Source: Acidimicrobiales bacterium | Lineage (GTDB): Bacteria; Actinomycetota; Acidimicrobiia; Acidimicrobiales; SZUA-35 | NCBI GenBank assembly: GCA_024638815.1 | Contig: JAHEJM010000003.1 | Location: 39,887-103,886, forward strand | Direction of reading: 5' to 3' | DNA length: 64,000 nucleotides | In this document: one piece after another, positions 53,182 through 61,494 of the stretch | How the letters are laid out: each line of letters begins with the position of its first letter | Numbering within the stretch: the stretch's first letter is position 1 | Program-made: the position numbers and the translations under genes | The notes under the pieces: model-generated | What the model was told of the DNA's origin: nothing | The model's database searches: none | The model's input: only the letters and a program-made list of their open reading frames with translations

Positions 53182-53258
53182 GCTTTTCGTAGTGCGAAAT
53201 CGCGCCCGTACTCGGTGGAGCTAGAAGCACCGCCACGTATCGGCTAAGTTGGCTGGCC

Positions 53259-55505
53259 ATGACAAGCGATGAAGGGCACACCACCGACCTGCATCCGTAT
53301 GGTCCCGGTTCGCATGCGATTTTGGATGATATCCGGGAGATGCCGGGTTGTTATCCGATCAAGGGCATCGTCCGTGATGACGGTTCACGGTTGTATCACC
53401 GGCCGGATTCTCAGGATTATGGGGAGATGGTGCCGGAGGTGTGGTTCGATTCCCCTTCGGCGGCCGAGGCGGCGGGGTTCGAGCCGGCGCCGACGCATCC
53501 CGACGATGGTGACGGTTCGGTGTTCGAGCCCGGTGGTTCGCACCACCCGTGTTCGGTGGCCGATGTCGAGGACAACCGGGCTGCGGCCCGCAGTTCGGTT
53601 GCCGGTACGTCCGCCGGTGGCGCGACCGGGGGTCAGGGTCTGGCCGCCCTCTACGGGGGCTCGGCTGCCGGGGCTCTGGTGGGGGGGACGGTGCTCGACT
53701 TCGAGCGTCATCCCTATGGGGTCGGATCTCACCGGCTGCCCGAGACGGCCGGCGAGATGCCGGACTACTACCCGATCAAGGGCAACGCGGCCGGCGACGA
53801 CCGTCGGTACTATCACCGGCCCGACAGCCCGGACTACGAGCGGACCGACGCCGAGGTGTGGTTCGATTCGCCGTCGGCGGCCGAAGCCGCCGGCTTCACC
53901 CTTGCCCTCAGCCATCCCGAGGATGGAGTGGCTGCCGACTTCGAGCCCGGGGGATCCGGTCATGCGTGGTCGCTGGCCGAGGTGGAGGCCGAACGACGAG
54001 CCGCCGCCTTCGGGCGCGACGACGCCGAAGTGCGGGCCGCCGCCGGCTTCGCTGCCGCCGACGAGGAGGGCGAAGAACAGAAGACCGGTGTCGGTCGAGC
54101 CGGGTTGGCCGGAGCCGCCGCTGCCGCTGGAGTGGTTGGCGCCGGGGTTGCCGCCGCTGCCACCGACGGAGCCGATGATGGGGAGGGCTTGCTCGACAAG
54201 GCCAAGGACGCAGTAGGCGACGCCGAGGAGGAGATCGCCGATCTGGTCGATTCGGACGCCGACAGCGATGCCGATTCCCCTGCGGATGCCGACGCCGGCG
54301 ACATTGCGGCGCCCGCCTCCGATGCCGACGTGGAGGGTGACGACGACTCAACCGAAGTGCTCGCCCCCGGTTCGCTTGCCGCTGTGTCGGCCGCCGAGAC
54401 CGGGTCCTCCGGTACTGCGACCGCCGAAACCAATGGCGATGGTGACGGTCTGGGCCTCGGCACAATGGCTGCCGCCGGCGTCGCCGGCGCCGGACTGGGC
54501 GCAGCAGCTGCTGCTGCCGCCGACGAGGCTTCGGACAAGATTCGTGACGAGGCCGGGGCCGCCGCCGACAAGGCCGGGGCCGTGGCCGACAAGGCCGGTG
54601 ACAAGGCCGGCGCCATCGCCGGCAGGGCCGATGCCACGGTCGACAAGGCGGTGGCCGGCACCGCAGCCCGCGTGACCGGAGGCCGTGATCTGGGGGGCGA
54701 CGGTACCAGCGGCGAACTGGCCGCTGTGGATCGGGGTGGTCTGGGTCGCTGGTTCTGGTGGGCCATCGGCGCGGTCGCTTTGCTCCTGCTGCTGGCCCTG
54801 GTGGTGGCCCAGTGCAGCGACGACGACGAGGATGCCGAAGTCGGAACCGGCGATGCTCAGGAGGAATCGACCGCCGAGACCGATCCCGCCGGGGCCGGCA
54901 TCGATGCCGAAGCCGCCGCCGATGCTGATGCTGATGCTGATGCTGATGCTGATGCCGGGGCGGCGGCCGATGATGGCGCCGATCTGGCGGCGGCGTCGTT
55001 GGCGGCGTTGGCTGCGGCCGGGTTCGATGATGTCGAGGTCGAGGTCGACGGTGATCAGGTTCGCCTGGTCGGCGCTGTCGGCAGTGACGCCGATCGTGCG
55101 GCGGCCGAGGCTGCGGTGGCCGGTGTGGCCGGTGTCGGTTCGGTCGACAACGCCCTGACGGTCGAGTCTGCCGATGCCGATGCTGATGCCGTTGCTGATG
55201 CCGCCGCCGATGCTGATGCTGATGCCGATGCTGATGCTGATGCCGGGGCGGCGGCCGATGATGGCGCCGATCTGGCGGCGGCGTCGTTGGCGGCGTTGGC
55301 TGCGGCCGGGTTTGATGATGTCGAGGTCGAGGTCGACGGTGATCAGGTTCGCCTGGTCGGCGCTGTCGGCAGTGACGCCGATCGTGCGGCGGCCGAGGCT
55401 GCGGTGGCCGGTGTGGCCGGTGTCGGTTCGGTCGACAACAAGTTGGCCACCGGCGAGACCCCGACCGCCGACGCCGTCGACACCGACCCCGACTTCACCG
55501 GTTGA
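53259..55505 (+). CDS. Modular membrane protein: two sunset-like repeats, an Ala/Asp/Gly low-complexity region, one TM segment and two BON domains
   Basis: Repeats: HPYGPGSH..MPGCYPIKGI..RLYHRPDSQDYGEMVPEVWFDSPSAAEAAGFEP and HPYGVGSH..MPDYYPIKGN..RYYHRPDSPDYERTDAEVWFDSPSAAEAAGFTL. TM segment WFWWAIGAVALLLLLALVVA. Two copies of LAALAAAGFDDVEVEVDGDQVRLVGAVGSDADRAAAEAAVAGVAGVGSVDN (BON-like). Confidence 0.75.
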   Translation: MTSDEGHTTDLHPYGPGSHAILDDIREMPGCYPIKGIVRDDGSRLYHRPDSQDYGEMVPEVWFDSPSAAEAAGFEPAPTHPDDGDGSVFEPGGSHHPCSVADVEDNRAAARSSVAGTSAGGATGGQGLAALYGGSAAGALVGGTVLDFERHPYGVGSHRLPETAGEMPDYYPIKGNAAGDDRRYYHRPDSPDYERTDAEVWFDSPSAAEAAGFTLALSHPEDGVAADFEPGGSGHAWSLAEVEAERRAAAFGRDDAEVRAAAGFAAADEEGEEQKTGVGRAGLAGAAAAAGVVGAGVAAAATDGADDGEGLLDKAKDAVGDAEEEIADLVDSDADSDADSPADADAGDIAAPASDADVEGDDDSTEVLAPGSLAAVSAAETGSSGTATAETNGDGDGLGLGTMAAAGVAGAGLGAAAAAAADEASDKIRDEAGAAADKAGAVADKAGDKAGAIAGRADATVDKAVAGTAARVTGGRDLGGDGTSGELAAVDRGGLGRWFWWAIGAVALLLLLALVVAQCSDDDEDAEVGTGDAQEESTAETDPAGAGIDAEAAADADADADADADAGAAADDGADLAAASLAALAAAGFDDVEVEVDGDQVRLVGAVGSDADRAAAEAAVAGVAGVGSVDNALTVESADADADAVADAAADADADADADADAGAAADDGADLAAASLAALAAAGFDDVEVEVDGDQVRLVGAVGSDADRAAAEAAVAGVAGVGSVDNKLATGETPTADAVDTDPDFTG
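54920..55439 (+). repeat. Near-perfect 288-bp tandem duplication (BON unit), preceded in each copy by a (GATGCT)n/(GATGCC) hexanucleotide tract encoding (DA)n
   Basis: TGCCGGGGCGGCGGCCGATGATGG... starts at 54953 and again at 55241. GTCGACAAC ends at 55151 and at 55439. I saw only one mismatch (GGGTTCGATG vs GGGTTTGATG) over about 200 bp. (GATGCT)5 lies at 54920-54949. Confidence 0.9.
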
Positions 55506-56893
55506 CGGGGCTGCGACCCGAATCCGGACAACACGGCCTCCAGCACCGGCAACAAGGTCGGGACCCGCTTGGCCCGGACTACCAGATCCCAGAGCGGCTC
55601 GAACTTCTTCCATCCGGCCGAGTAGGCCACGTGGCGCAGTCGCCCGGCGGCGGTCGGCTTGACCGACGCCGACCGCACGATCGATCGCCACCGGTAGAAC
55701 TCGTCGTAGGCCCACCAGTAGCCGGCCTCCAGTTGCTCCGGTGTCATCCGGGCCGGGCGGTACACGCACTGGCGGGTGTCATAGCGGTCCCAGTCCCGGT
55801 GCAGCAAGCGACCTTGTAGATCGATGCGGTCATAGAGCCCGGTTCCGGGATACGGCGTCATGACGTGGAAGGTTGCGGTTTCGATACCCACCGAGACGGC
55901 CCAGTCCACGGTGCGGGCAAAGACGTCGGGGCCGTCGTCATCCATGCCGAACACGAACGAACCGTTGACCATCACCCCCAGGTCTCGCAGCCGGGCGATG
56001 GCGGAGGCGTAGTTCCGGCCCAGGTTCTGGGTCTTGCCGTGGTCGGTGAGGTTGGTGTCGCTGATCGATTCGAAACCGATGAAGATGCTGCGCAAACCGG
56101 ACTTGGCCGCCAGCTCGATCAGATCCCCCTGGAGAATGGAATTCACCGTCGCCGCCGCCTGCCATACCCGACCCATACCGACCATGGCCCCGAACAGCTC
56201 CCGGGCGAACCGGCGCTGACCGAGAAGGTGATCGTCCAGGAAGTAGAGATGCCGGCCCGGGAGTGACTCGATCTGGGCCAGGGCGTCGTCGACGGCCTGG
56301 GTGTAGAAGCCCCGTCCGCCCTCGAAGAACGAATCCTTGTAGCAGAAGTCGCAGGAGTGGGGGCAGCCCCGGGTCACCACCAGCGAGTTCGGCACCAGAT
56401 AGTGGGAGCGTTTGACCAGATCCCGACGGGGTGGCGGCAGCCCGATCAGGGTACGGGGACCCGATTGGTACAGCCGCCGGGGTCGACCGGCGGCCAGGTC
56501 GGCCAGGAATTGAGGAAAGCTGTGGTCTCCTGGACCGAGGAACAGGTGGTCGCAGTGAGCGGCCGCCTCCTGGGGCAGGGAGGTGGGGTGCAGTCCGCCC
56601 ATGGCCACTCGTACCCCGAGCCGCCGGTAGTGGTCGGCGATCTCATAGCTGCGCCGGGCCGAGGTGACATAGCACTGGATGACCACCAGGTCGGGCAGCT
56701 CCTCGCCATCCTGGGGCAGATGTAGGGGCTCGACATGCTCGTCGCACAGCTCGATGTCGACGTCGGCCGGCAGGTGCCCGGCCAGGGTGGCCAACCCCAG
56801 CGGTGGGAAGAGTGAGTACTTGATGGGCCGGAACCGGGGGCTGGTGGCCTCCAACAGGGCGGGCAGGATCATCTTCACCCGCCGCAACATCAT
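55343..56893 (-). CDS. B12-binding-domain radical SAM protein
   Basis: N-terminal IKYSLFPPLGLATLAGHL (B12-binding-like). Radical SAM cluster motif RGCPHSCDFCYK (CxxxCxxC). Start uncertain (ATG 56893, 56890 or 56953). The last ~55 codons run antisense through the 3' end of the BON gene. Confidence 0.8.
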   Translation of the reverse strand: MMLRRVKMILPALLEATSPRFRPIKYSLFPPLGLATLAGHLPADVDIELCDEHVEPLHLPQDGEELPDLVVIQCYVTSARRSYEIADHYRRLGVRVAMGGLHPTSLPQEAAAHCDHLFLGPGDHSFPQFLADLAAGRPRRLYQSGPRTLIGLPPPRRDLVKRSHYLVPNSLVVTRGCPHSCDFCYKDSFFEGGRGFYTQAVDDALAQIESLPGRHLYFLDDHLLGQRRFARELFGAMVGMGRVWQAAATVNSILQGDLIELAAKSGLRSIFIGFESISDTNLTDHGKTQNLGRNYASAIARLRDLGVMVNGSFVFGMDDDGPDVFARTVDWAVSVGIETATFHVMTPYPGTGLYDRIDLQGRLLHRDWDRYDTRQCVYRPARMTPEQLEAGYWWAYDEFYRWRSIVRSASVKPTAAGRLRHVAYSAGWKKFEPLWDLVVRAKRVPTLLPVLEAVLSGFGSQPRQPVKSGSVSTASAVGVSPVANLLSTEPTPATPATAASAAARSASLPTAPTRRT

Positions 56894-57012
56894 GGGTTGG
56901 GTCGACGGCCGAGAACGTGAGGTCAGGGCAATGGGGCTCGCGGGTCCTGCCATGGAACCGACCGTATCCGTTACTAAGCAGTTGCTCAAGGCAGTTGCTT
57001 AGGAAATTCGCC

Positions 57013-57981
57013 TCATCCTGGGGCTGCTCGGGCATTGGCCGTCACCACCAGATAGACCCCGATCACCACCAGCAGCCCGCCCACCACCTCGGCCAGGCCC
57101 AACACCTCGCCCCGGATCAGCCAACCGAACAAGACCCCGAACACCGGGATCAGGTAGGCCGAGGCTGCGGCCTGGGTCGGGGTGGCCCGCTTGACCACGG
57201 TGGCCAGCAACGAGAAGGTCACGGCGTTGGCCGGGATGGAGGCATACAGCAACGGCACCAGCAGACCGAGCGACCAGTCGGTGCCTTCGGTACCCTCCAC
57301 CAGCATCGAGAACGGCACCAGCACGCAGGCCGACATGATCAGCTGGACCCCGACCAACATGATCGGGCTGACCCGGCTGAAGTCCTTCCACTTCATGAAC
57401 ACCGTGCCGAAGGCCCAGGCCACCGCCGACAGGATCAAGGCCCCGATCCCGACCGCCGCGGTGTCACCCTCGAGCGACGGTGAGGCCAACACCACGGTGC
57501 CGGCGAATCCCACCAGCAGGCCGATCCGGCCCAGCCCGGGAACAAGGGCACCGAGCAACACCACCGACAGCACCGTGGTGAACAACGGCATGGTGCTCGA
57601 CACCAGGGAGGCCACCCCGGCCGGAACCCGGCTGGTCCCGAACACCAGCAGGGCACTGGAAACGGTGGTGATGGACAACGACACCACGAAGATCCGGGTG
57701 TAGTCGACCTGCCGGGTCGGCAGACGCTCGCCCACTACATGGGCCACCGCCAGCAGGGTCGAGCCCCCGATGACCGTGCGCATGGCCGTCAAAAGCAGGG
57801 GAGTGGTGTGGTCCAGGGCGAACTTGAGGGCGGTGAAGTTTCCGCCGATCAACACGGCGATCAGGACCACGGTGGCCAGGACCAGACGGGAACTCACGGG
57901 CCGACGGTAGTCGAGACGGTCGATCAGCCCGAAAACGCGTCGGCTGCCCAACCCCGCCGCGACGTGCGACAATGGGGCCAT
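57013..57981 (-). CDS. EamA/DMT-family transporter
   Basis: 322 aa from ATG 57981, with 10 predicted TM segments in two EamA-like halves. The upstream 300 codons of the ORF-track entry (to 58881) are antisense shadow of corA. Confidence 0.8.
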   Translation of the reverse strand: MAPLSHVAAGLGSRRVFGLIDRLDYRRPVSSRLVLATVVLIAVLIGGNFTALKFALDHTTPLLLTAMRTVIGGSTLLAVAHVVGERLPTRQVDYTRIFVVSLSITTVSSALLVFGTSRVPAGVASLVSSTMPLFTTVLSVVLLGALVPGLGRIGLLVGFAGTVVLASPSLEGDTAAVGIGALILSAVAWAFGTVFMKWKDFSRVSPIMLVGVQLIMSACVLVPFSMLVEGTEGTDWSLGLLVPLLYASIPANAVTFSLLATVVKRATPTQAAASAYLIPVFGVLFGWLIRGEVLGLAEVVGGLLVVIGVYLVVTANARAAPG

Positions 57982-58026
57982 GGTTGTCGTGTTCGCCACC
58001 ACCATCGGTCGAGGAGGACGTCGGCG

Positions 58027-59208
58027 GTGAGCGCACGTCTGCTGGTTCGCCGGAATCCGGACGAGGTCATGCGGCCGGCCGACCCCGACGACTGCGAGGC
58101 CCTGATGGCGGAGGGGGCCACGTGCTGGCTGACCGTGGTCACCAACAAACCCGAGGACCTGGACCGCCTGGGTGAGCGGTTCAGCTTCGAGTCGGCCGCC
58201 ATCGAGGACATCCTCGACATCGAGCAACTCCCCAAGTACGACAACTACGACGATCATCTGTTCGTCATCCTCCACGCCCTGACCTCGGAGGGCGACAGGG
58301 TCGACACCACCGAGGTCGACTGTTTTGTAGCCCCCAACCTGCTGGTGACGGTGAGCGCCCAGCCGGTGACCGGCATCGAGTGGCTGTGGCGGGCCGTCCA
58401 GGCCCACGCCCACATCGTGGATGAGGGGGCCGACGACCTGTTCGCCCAGCTGGCCGAGGTCATCGGTCGCCGCTATCTCGAGGTGATCGCCGAGTTCGAG
58501 GCCAGGATCGACGACATCGCCGACGACGCCCTCGAGGCCGACCCCAATGTGCTGAGCGACATCCAGGTCCTGCGACGGGAGGAGACCACGGTCCGCAAGG
58601 TCCTGCGGCCCCAGCGGCTGCTGCTGGCCAACCTGCGCCGTGGCACCATTCCCGTGCTCCGACCGGCCGCCATCACCGTGCTGGGCGATGCCTACGATGT
58701 GCACAACCAGGTGGTGGAGTCGCTGTCGTCGGCCCGGGCCCTGTTGAGCGACGCCCTCGACACCTATCGGGGGGCGGCCGCCGATCGGCAGGCCACGGCC
58801 ACCATCGTCCTGGCCGTGTATTCCGCCATCCTGTTGCCGCTCACCCTGATCACCGGCTGGTACGGCATGAACCTGGCGCAACTGCCGGGGGCCGACCGGA
58901 ACTGGAGTTGGGAGCTGGTGTTGGTCATCATGGTGGTGCTGGCCCTCGGGTCGTTCGCCGCCTTCATCAAGGCCGGGTTCATCCGGCCTCCGGAGTTCGG
59001 GGAGAGCACCGTGCTGCGGGGATTGGGTCGGGCGGCCAAGGCCCCGGTCAAACCGTTCACCATGCTGCGCAACCCCCGCCGGATCGCGGCCAAGGCCACC
59101 GGCCTGGTCAATCCTCGGACCCAGACCTCGTCGTCCGGCTCCGGCACGTCGGGTGCCGGTTCGTCGAGTGTCGGCGGAGCACGCTCGTCGTCCCGCCGCG
59201 CCCGCTGA
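58027..59208 (+). CDS. corA: CorA-family divalent cation (Mg2+/Co2+) transporter with a Ser/Gly-rich C-terminal tail
   Basis: LLPLTLITGWYGMNLAQLPG (YGMN motif), followed by a second TM segment. The likely start is GTG 58027. Confidence 0.85.
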   Translation: MSARLLVRRNPDEVMRPADPDDCEALMAEGATCWLTVVTNKPEDLDRLGERFSFESAAIEDILDIEQLPKYDNYDDHLFVILHALTSEGDRVDTTEVDCFVAPNLLVTVSAQPVTGIEWLWRAVQAHAHIVDEGADDLFAQLAEVIGRRYLEVIAEFEARIDDIADDALEADPNVLSDIQVLRREETTVRKVLRPQRLLLANLRRGTIPVLRPAAITVLGDAYDVHNQVVESLSSARALLSDALDTYRGAAADRQATATIVLAVYSAILLPLTLITGWYGMNLAQLPGADRNWSWELVLVIMVVLALGSFAAFIKAGFIRPPEFGESTVLRGLGRAAKAPVKPFTMLRNPRRIAAKATGLVNPRTQTSSSGSGTSGAGSSSVGGARSSSRRAR

Positions 59209-59212
59209 CCGC

Positions 59213-60361
59213 TCAGGGACTCACCAGGGTGCCGGGGTTGTCGCTCAGCCACTCGGTGGCCGGCACCTCCTCGGGCTGGTCGTAGCCTTCGGCCAGATAG
59301 ATCACCCCCTCGGAGGTGAGGAAGTAGATCTGCCACGCGTGATAGCCGTGATAGGCCCGCTCGTTTGCCATCATCACCCGGGCGTAGGCGGTGACGGCGT
59401 TGACGTAATAGTCGGAGTTGTTGTAGCCCCAGATGGCCCGGGCCATGTCATCCGGTCCACCCCGGTGGGTGAGGTAGGTGGCGGCACCGAGGATGGCGTC
59501 CCGGGGGTCGGTGGGGTCACCGTCACAGCATTCGGCCCAGGTCGAGGGCAGGAACTGCATCGGGCCGACCGCTCCGGCCGTCGACACCCCCTGGATGCGA
59601 CCCATGCGGGTCTCGACCAAATTGATAGCGGCCACATAGGGCCAGGCGACGCCGGTCTCGGCCTCGGCCTCCTTGTAGTACCGGAGCAGCTCGTCGGCCG
59701 GGGGCGGGGCCGAGATGCGCCACGCCGGCACGACGGAATGGGTGGTTTCCGTGCCCAGCAGCCTGATCAGGTTCTCCCTGGCCTCCCAGTTCAGGGCCAC
59801 GGCCTCGGCCAGCGGCTCGTCGGCGGTGCGAGCCACCGCGGTCAGGGTCGGCTCGACCATGTCGGGCCCGGCGGCCAGATGGTGGTACAGCCGTTGTTGC
59901 CATCGACCCCATCGGCTCAGTTCATCGGCATCCAGTGTCGGGTCTCTCACCGCCCGTTCGGCCTCGGTCAAGGCGGCCGCCATCATCGAGGAATCCTGCG
60001 GTAGCGGCGCACCGAGGGGGCTGACGTCAATGGCGGCCCGGCTACGGTAGGCCTCGATGACCGCCGGTGGTGGGCCCACATCCACGGCCTCATCCTCGGC
60101 CTTCTCCGCAGGGTCATCGACGGCTTCGACGACGGTCGTCGAGCTCGACTCCACGACGGTGGGTTGATCGGTCGTCGTGGACACGACGGGCGCCTCGGGT
60201 ACGGTTCCGGCCGTCGTCGGTTCCGGTCCTGAACAGGCGGCCGTCAGGCAGGTAACGGCCACAGCGGTGGTGACGACAACGGTCGACGGGCGCCCGATCA
60301 CCGGCGTCAGCTCGGGTGTTGCACGAACCAGCGGTGGACGTCGCCGCATTCCACCAACCAC
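59213..60361 (-). CDS. Lytic transglycosylase (SLT-like) lipoprotein
   Basis: Lipobox-like VTCLTAACSG. Catalytic region AAINLVETRMGRIQGVSTAGAVGPMQFLPSTW. Confidence 0.8.
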   Translation of the reverse strand: MVGGMRRRPPLVRATPELTPVIGRPSTVVVTTAVAVTCLTAACSGPEPTTAGTVPEAPVVSTTTDQPTVVESSSTTVVEAVDDPAEKAEDEAVDVGPPPAVIEAYRSRAAIDVSPLGAPLPQDSSMMAAALTEAERAVRDPTLDADELSRWGRWQQRLYHHLAAGPDMVEPTLTAVARTADEPLAEAVALNWEARENLIRLLGTETTHSVVPAWRISAPPPADELLRYYKEAEAETGVAWPYVAAINLVETRMGRIQGVSTAGAVGPMQFLPSTWAECCDGDPTDPRDAILGAATYLTHRGGPDDMARAIWGYNNSDYYVNAVTAYARVMMANERAYHGYHAWQIYFLTSEGVIYLAEGYDQPEEVPATEWLSDNPGTLVSP

Positions 60362-60493
60362 ACCGTGTCATTGGTGCCCAGAGTGCGAAGAAACTGCAGA
60401 CCCTCGACCGGGAAACCGGAGAACGGCTGAGATTCGGCCATGCCCAAACCCTAGTGCGGCGAGAAGCCACTCGTCGATCGTACACTCGGTCGG

Positions 60494-61015
60494 GTGACCA
60501 CGGAAGCGGAAGTGAACGACCACCTCTCCCACATTGCCCATGCCGGAGCCCTCGGTCTTCGTTATCACGACAGTGGGGAGGACTTCGTGGAACTGGCCCT
60601 GCCCTACGACGAGCATCTGGTCGGGGACCCCGACACCGGAGTGATCCATGGGGGCGCCATCACCGCACTGTTGGACAACGCCGCCGGTTTCGCCGGCCGC
60701 CCGCCCCGGACCACCATGGCCGAGATCGCCATCGCCACCCTCGATCTGCGCATCGACTACATGGGCCCGGCCACTCCGGGTCGAACCGTGATCGGTCGGG
60801 CCACCTGCTACCACCGTACCCGTAGCATCACCTTCGTCCGGGCCGTGGCCTATCACGATTCGCCTGACGACCCCATCGCAACCGGCACCGCCACCTTCAT
60901 GACCGGCACTCCCAACGCCCCCCGGCCCCTTCCCGGCTCGGAGTCGAACGGCGGGGATCGTGCGGGGGATCGGGGGTCCGCCAACCGAGGCACCGACGAC
61001 CGGGGCGCAGCATGA
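60494..61015 (+). CDS. PaaI/4HBT-type hotdog-fold thioesterase
   Basis: GVIHGGAITALLDNAAGFA motif. GTG start. Confidence 0.75.
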   Translation: MTTEAEVNDHLSHIAHAGALGLRYHDSGEDFVELALPYDEHLVGDPDTGVIHGGAITALLDNAAGFAGRPPRTTMAEIAIATLDLRIDYMGPATPGRTVIGRATCYHRTRSITFVRAVAYHDSPDDPIATGTATFMTGTPNAPRPLPGSESNGGDRAGDRGSANRGTDDRGAA

Positions 61016-61485
61016 AGTTCCTGATCGAGCTGCGGGAGCAGGGTCGGGCCAACGATCTGGCCGCTCTGCTCGAGTACATCCCCTATGCCCGGTTCCTGGG
61101 TCTGTGCGTGCACCAGTTGGGTGACGAGATCATCACCGAGTTGCCGGCCGCACCCCATCTCACCGGCAATCCCAACCTGCCGGCGGTTCACGGTGGTGTG
61201 GTCGGGGCAATGTTGGAGATGACGGCCATCCTCAAGTTGCTGCACGACACCGACTGTGAGCGGCTGCCCAAGACGGTCGACGTGTCGTTCAACTACCTGC
61301 GCCCGGTCCGGGCCGACCACAGTACCTACGGTCGAGCCACCGTGACCCGCCAGGGCCGCAGGGTGGCCAATGTGCGCTGCGACCTGTGGCAGGCCGAGCG
61401 GGCCAAGACCGTGGCCACCAGTCATGGCCATTTCGTGCTGGCCCCGCTGGTTGCCGACGAACCGGGCCCGGCCCGGGAAACCTGA
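61012..61485 (+). CDS. PaaI/4HBT-type hotdog-fold thioesterase (second copy)
   Basis: ATGA overlap with the first copy. AVHGGVVGAMLEMTAIL motif. Confidence 0.75.
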   Translation: MKFLIELREQGRANDLAALLEYIPYARFLGLCVHQLGDEIITELPAAPHLTGNPNLPAVHGGVVGAMLEMTAILKLLHDTDCERLPKTVDVSFNYLRPVRADHSTYGRATVTRQGRRVANVRCDLWQAERAKTVATSHGHFVLAPLVADEPGPARET

Positions 61486-61494
61486 GGCTCGCCG

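Noticed and set aside
53440-53456. GGTTCGATTCC-like tRNA T-loop sequences at 53443 and about 53861.
   Set aside because: Both lie inside the CDS, where they encode the conserved VWFDSPS motif of the sunset-like repeats. No acceptor or anticodon arms can be built around them.
54920-54955. (GATGCT)n tract and the related imperfect tract at 55171-55240, considered as a CRISPR-like or non-coding microsatellite array.
   Set aside because: The repeat unit is only 6 nt, there are no spacers, and the tracts are fully in frame, encoding (Asp-Ala)n inside a CDS.
54953-55439. The two near-identical 200-bp repeats considered as a template/variable repeat pair of a diversity-generating retroelement.
   Set aside because: There is no reverse transcriptase gene in the window. 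The single difference is a C/T transition, not adenine-specific. The repeats are in-frame tandem protein domains.
57982-58881. N-terminal 300 codons of the 622-aa minus-strand ORF that ends as the EamA transporter.
   Set aside because: This part is antisense to corA and has shadow-ORF composition. The EamA homology starts at MAPLSHV (ATG 57981).
60362-60493. Possible cyclic-di-AMP (ydaO-type) riboswitch upstream of the lytic transglycosylase, as is common for cell-wall hydrolase genes in Actinomycetota.
   Set aside because: The region is only about 130 nt, and I could not find the conserved ydaO core elements by eye. This needs an Infernal scan, so no claim is made.
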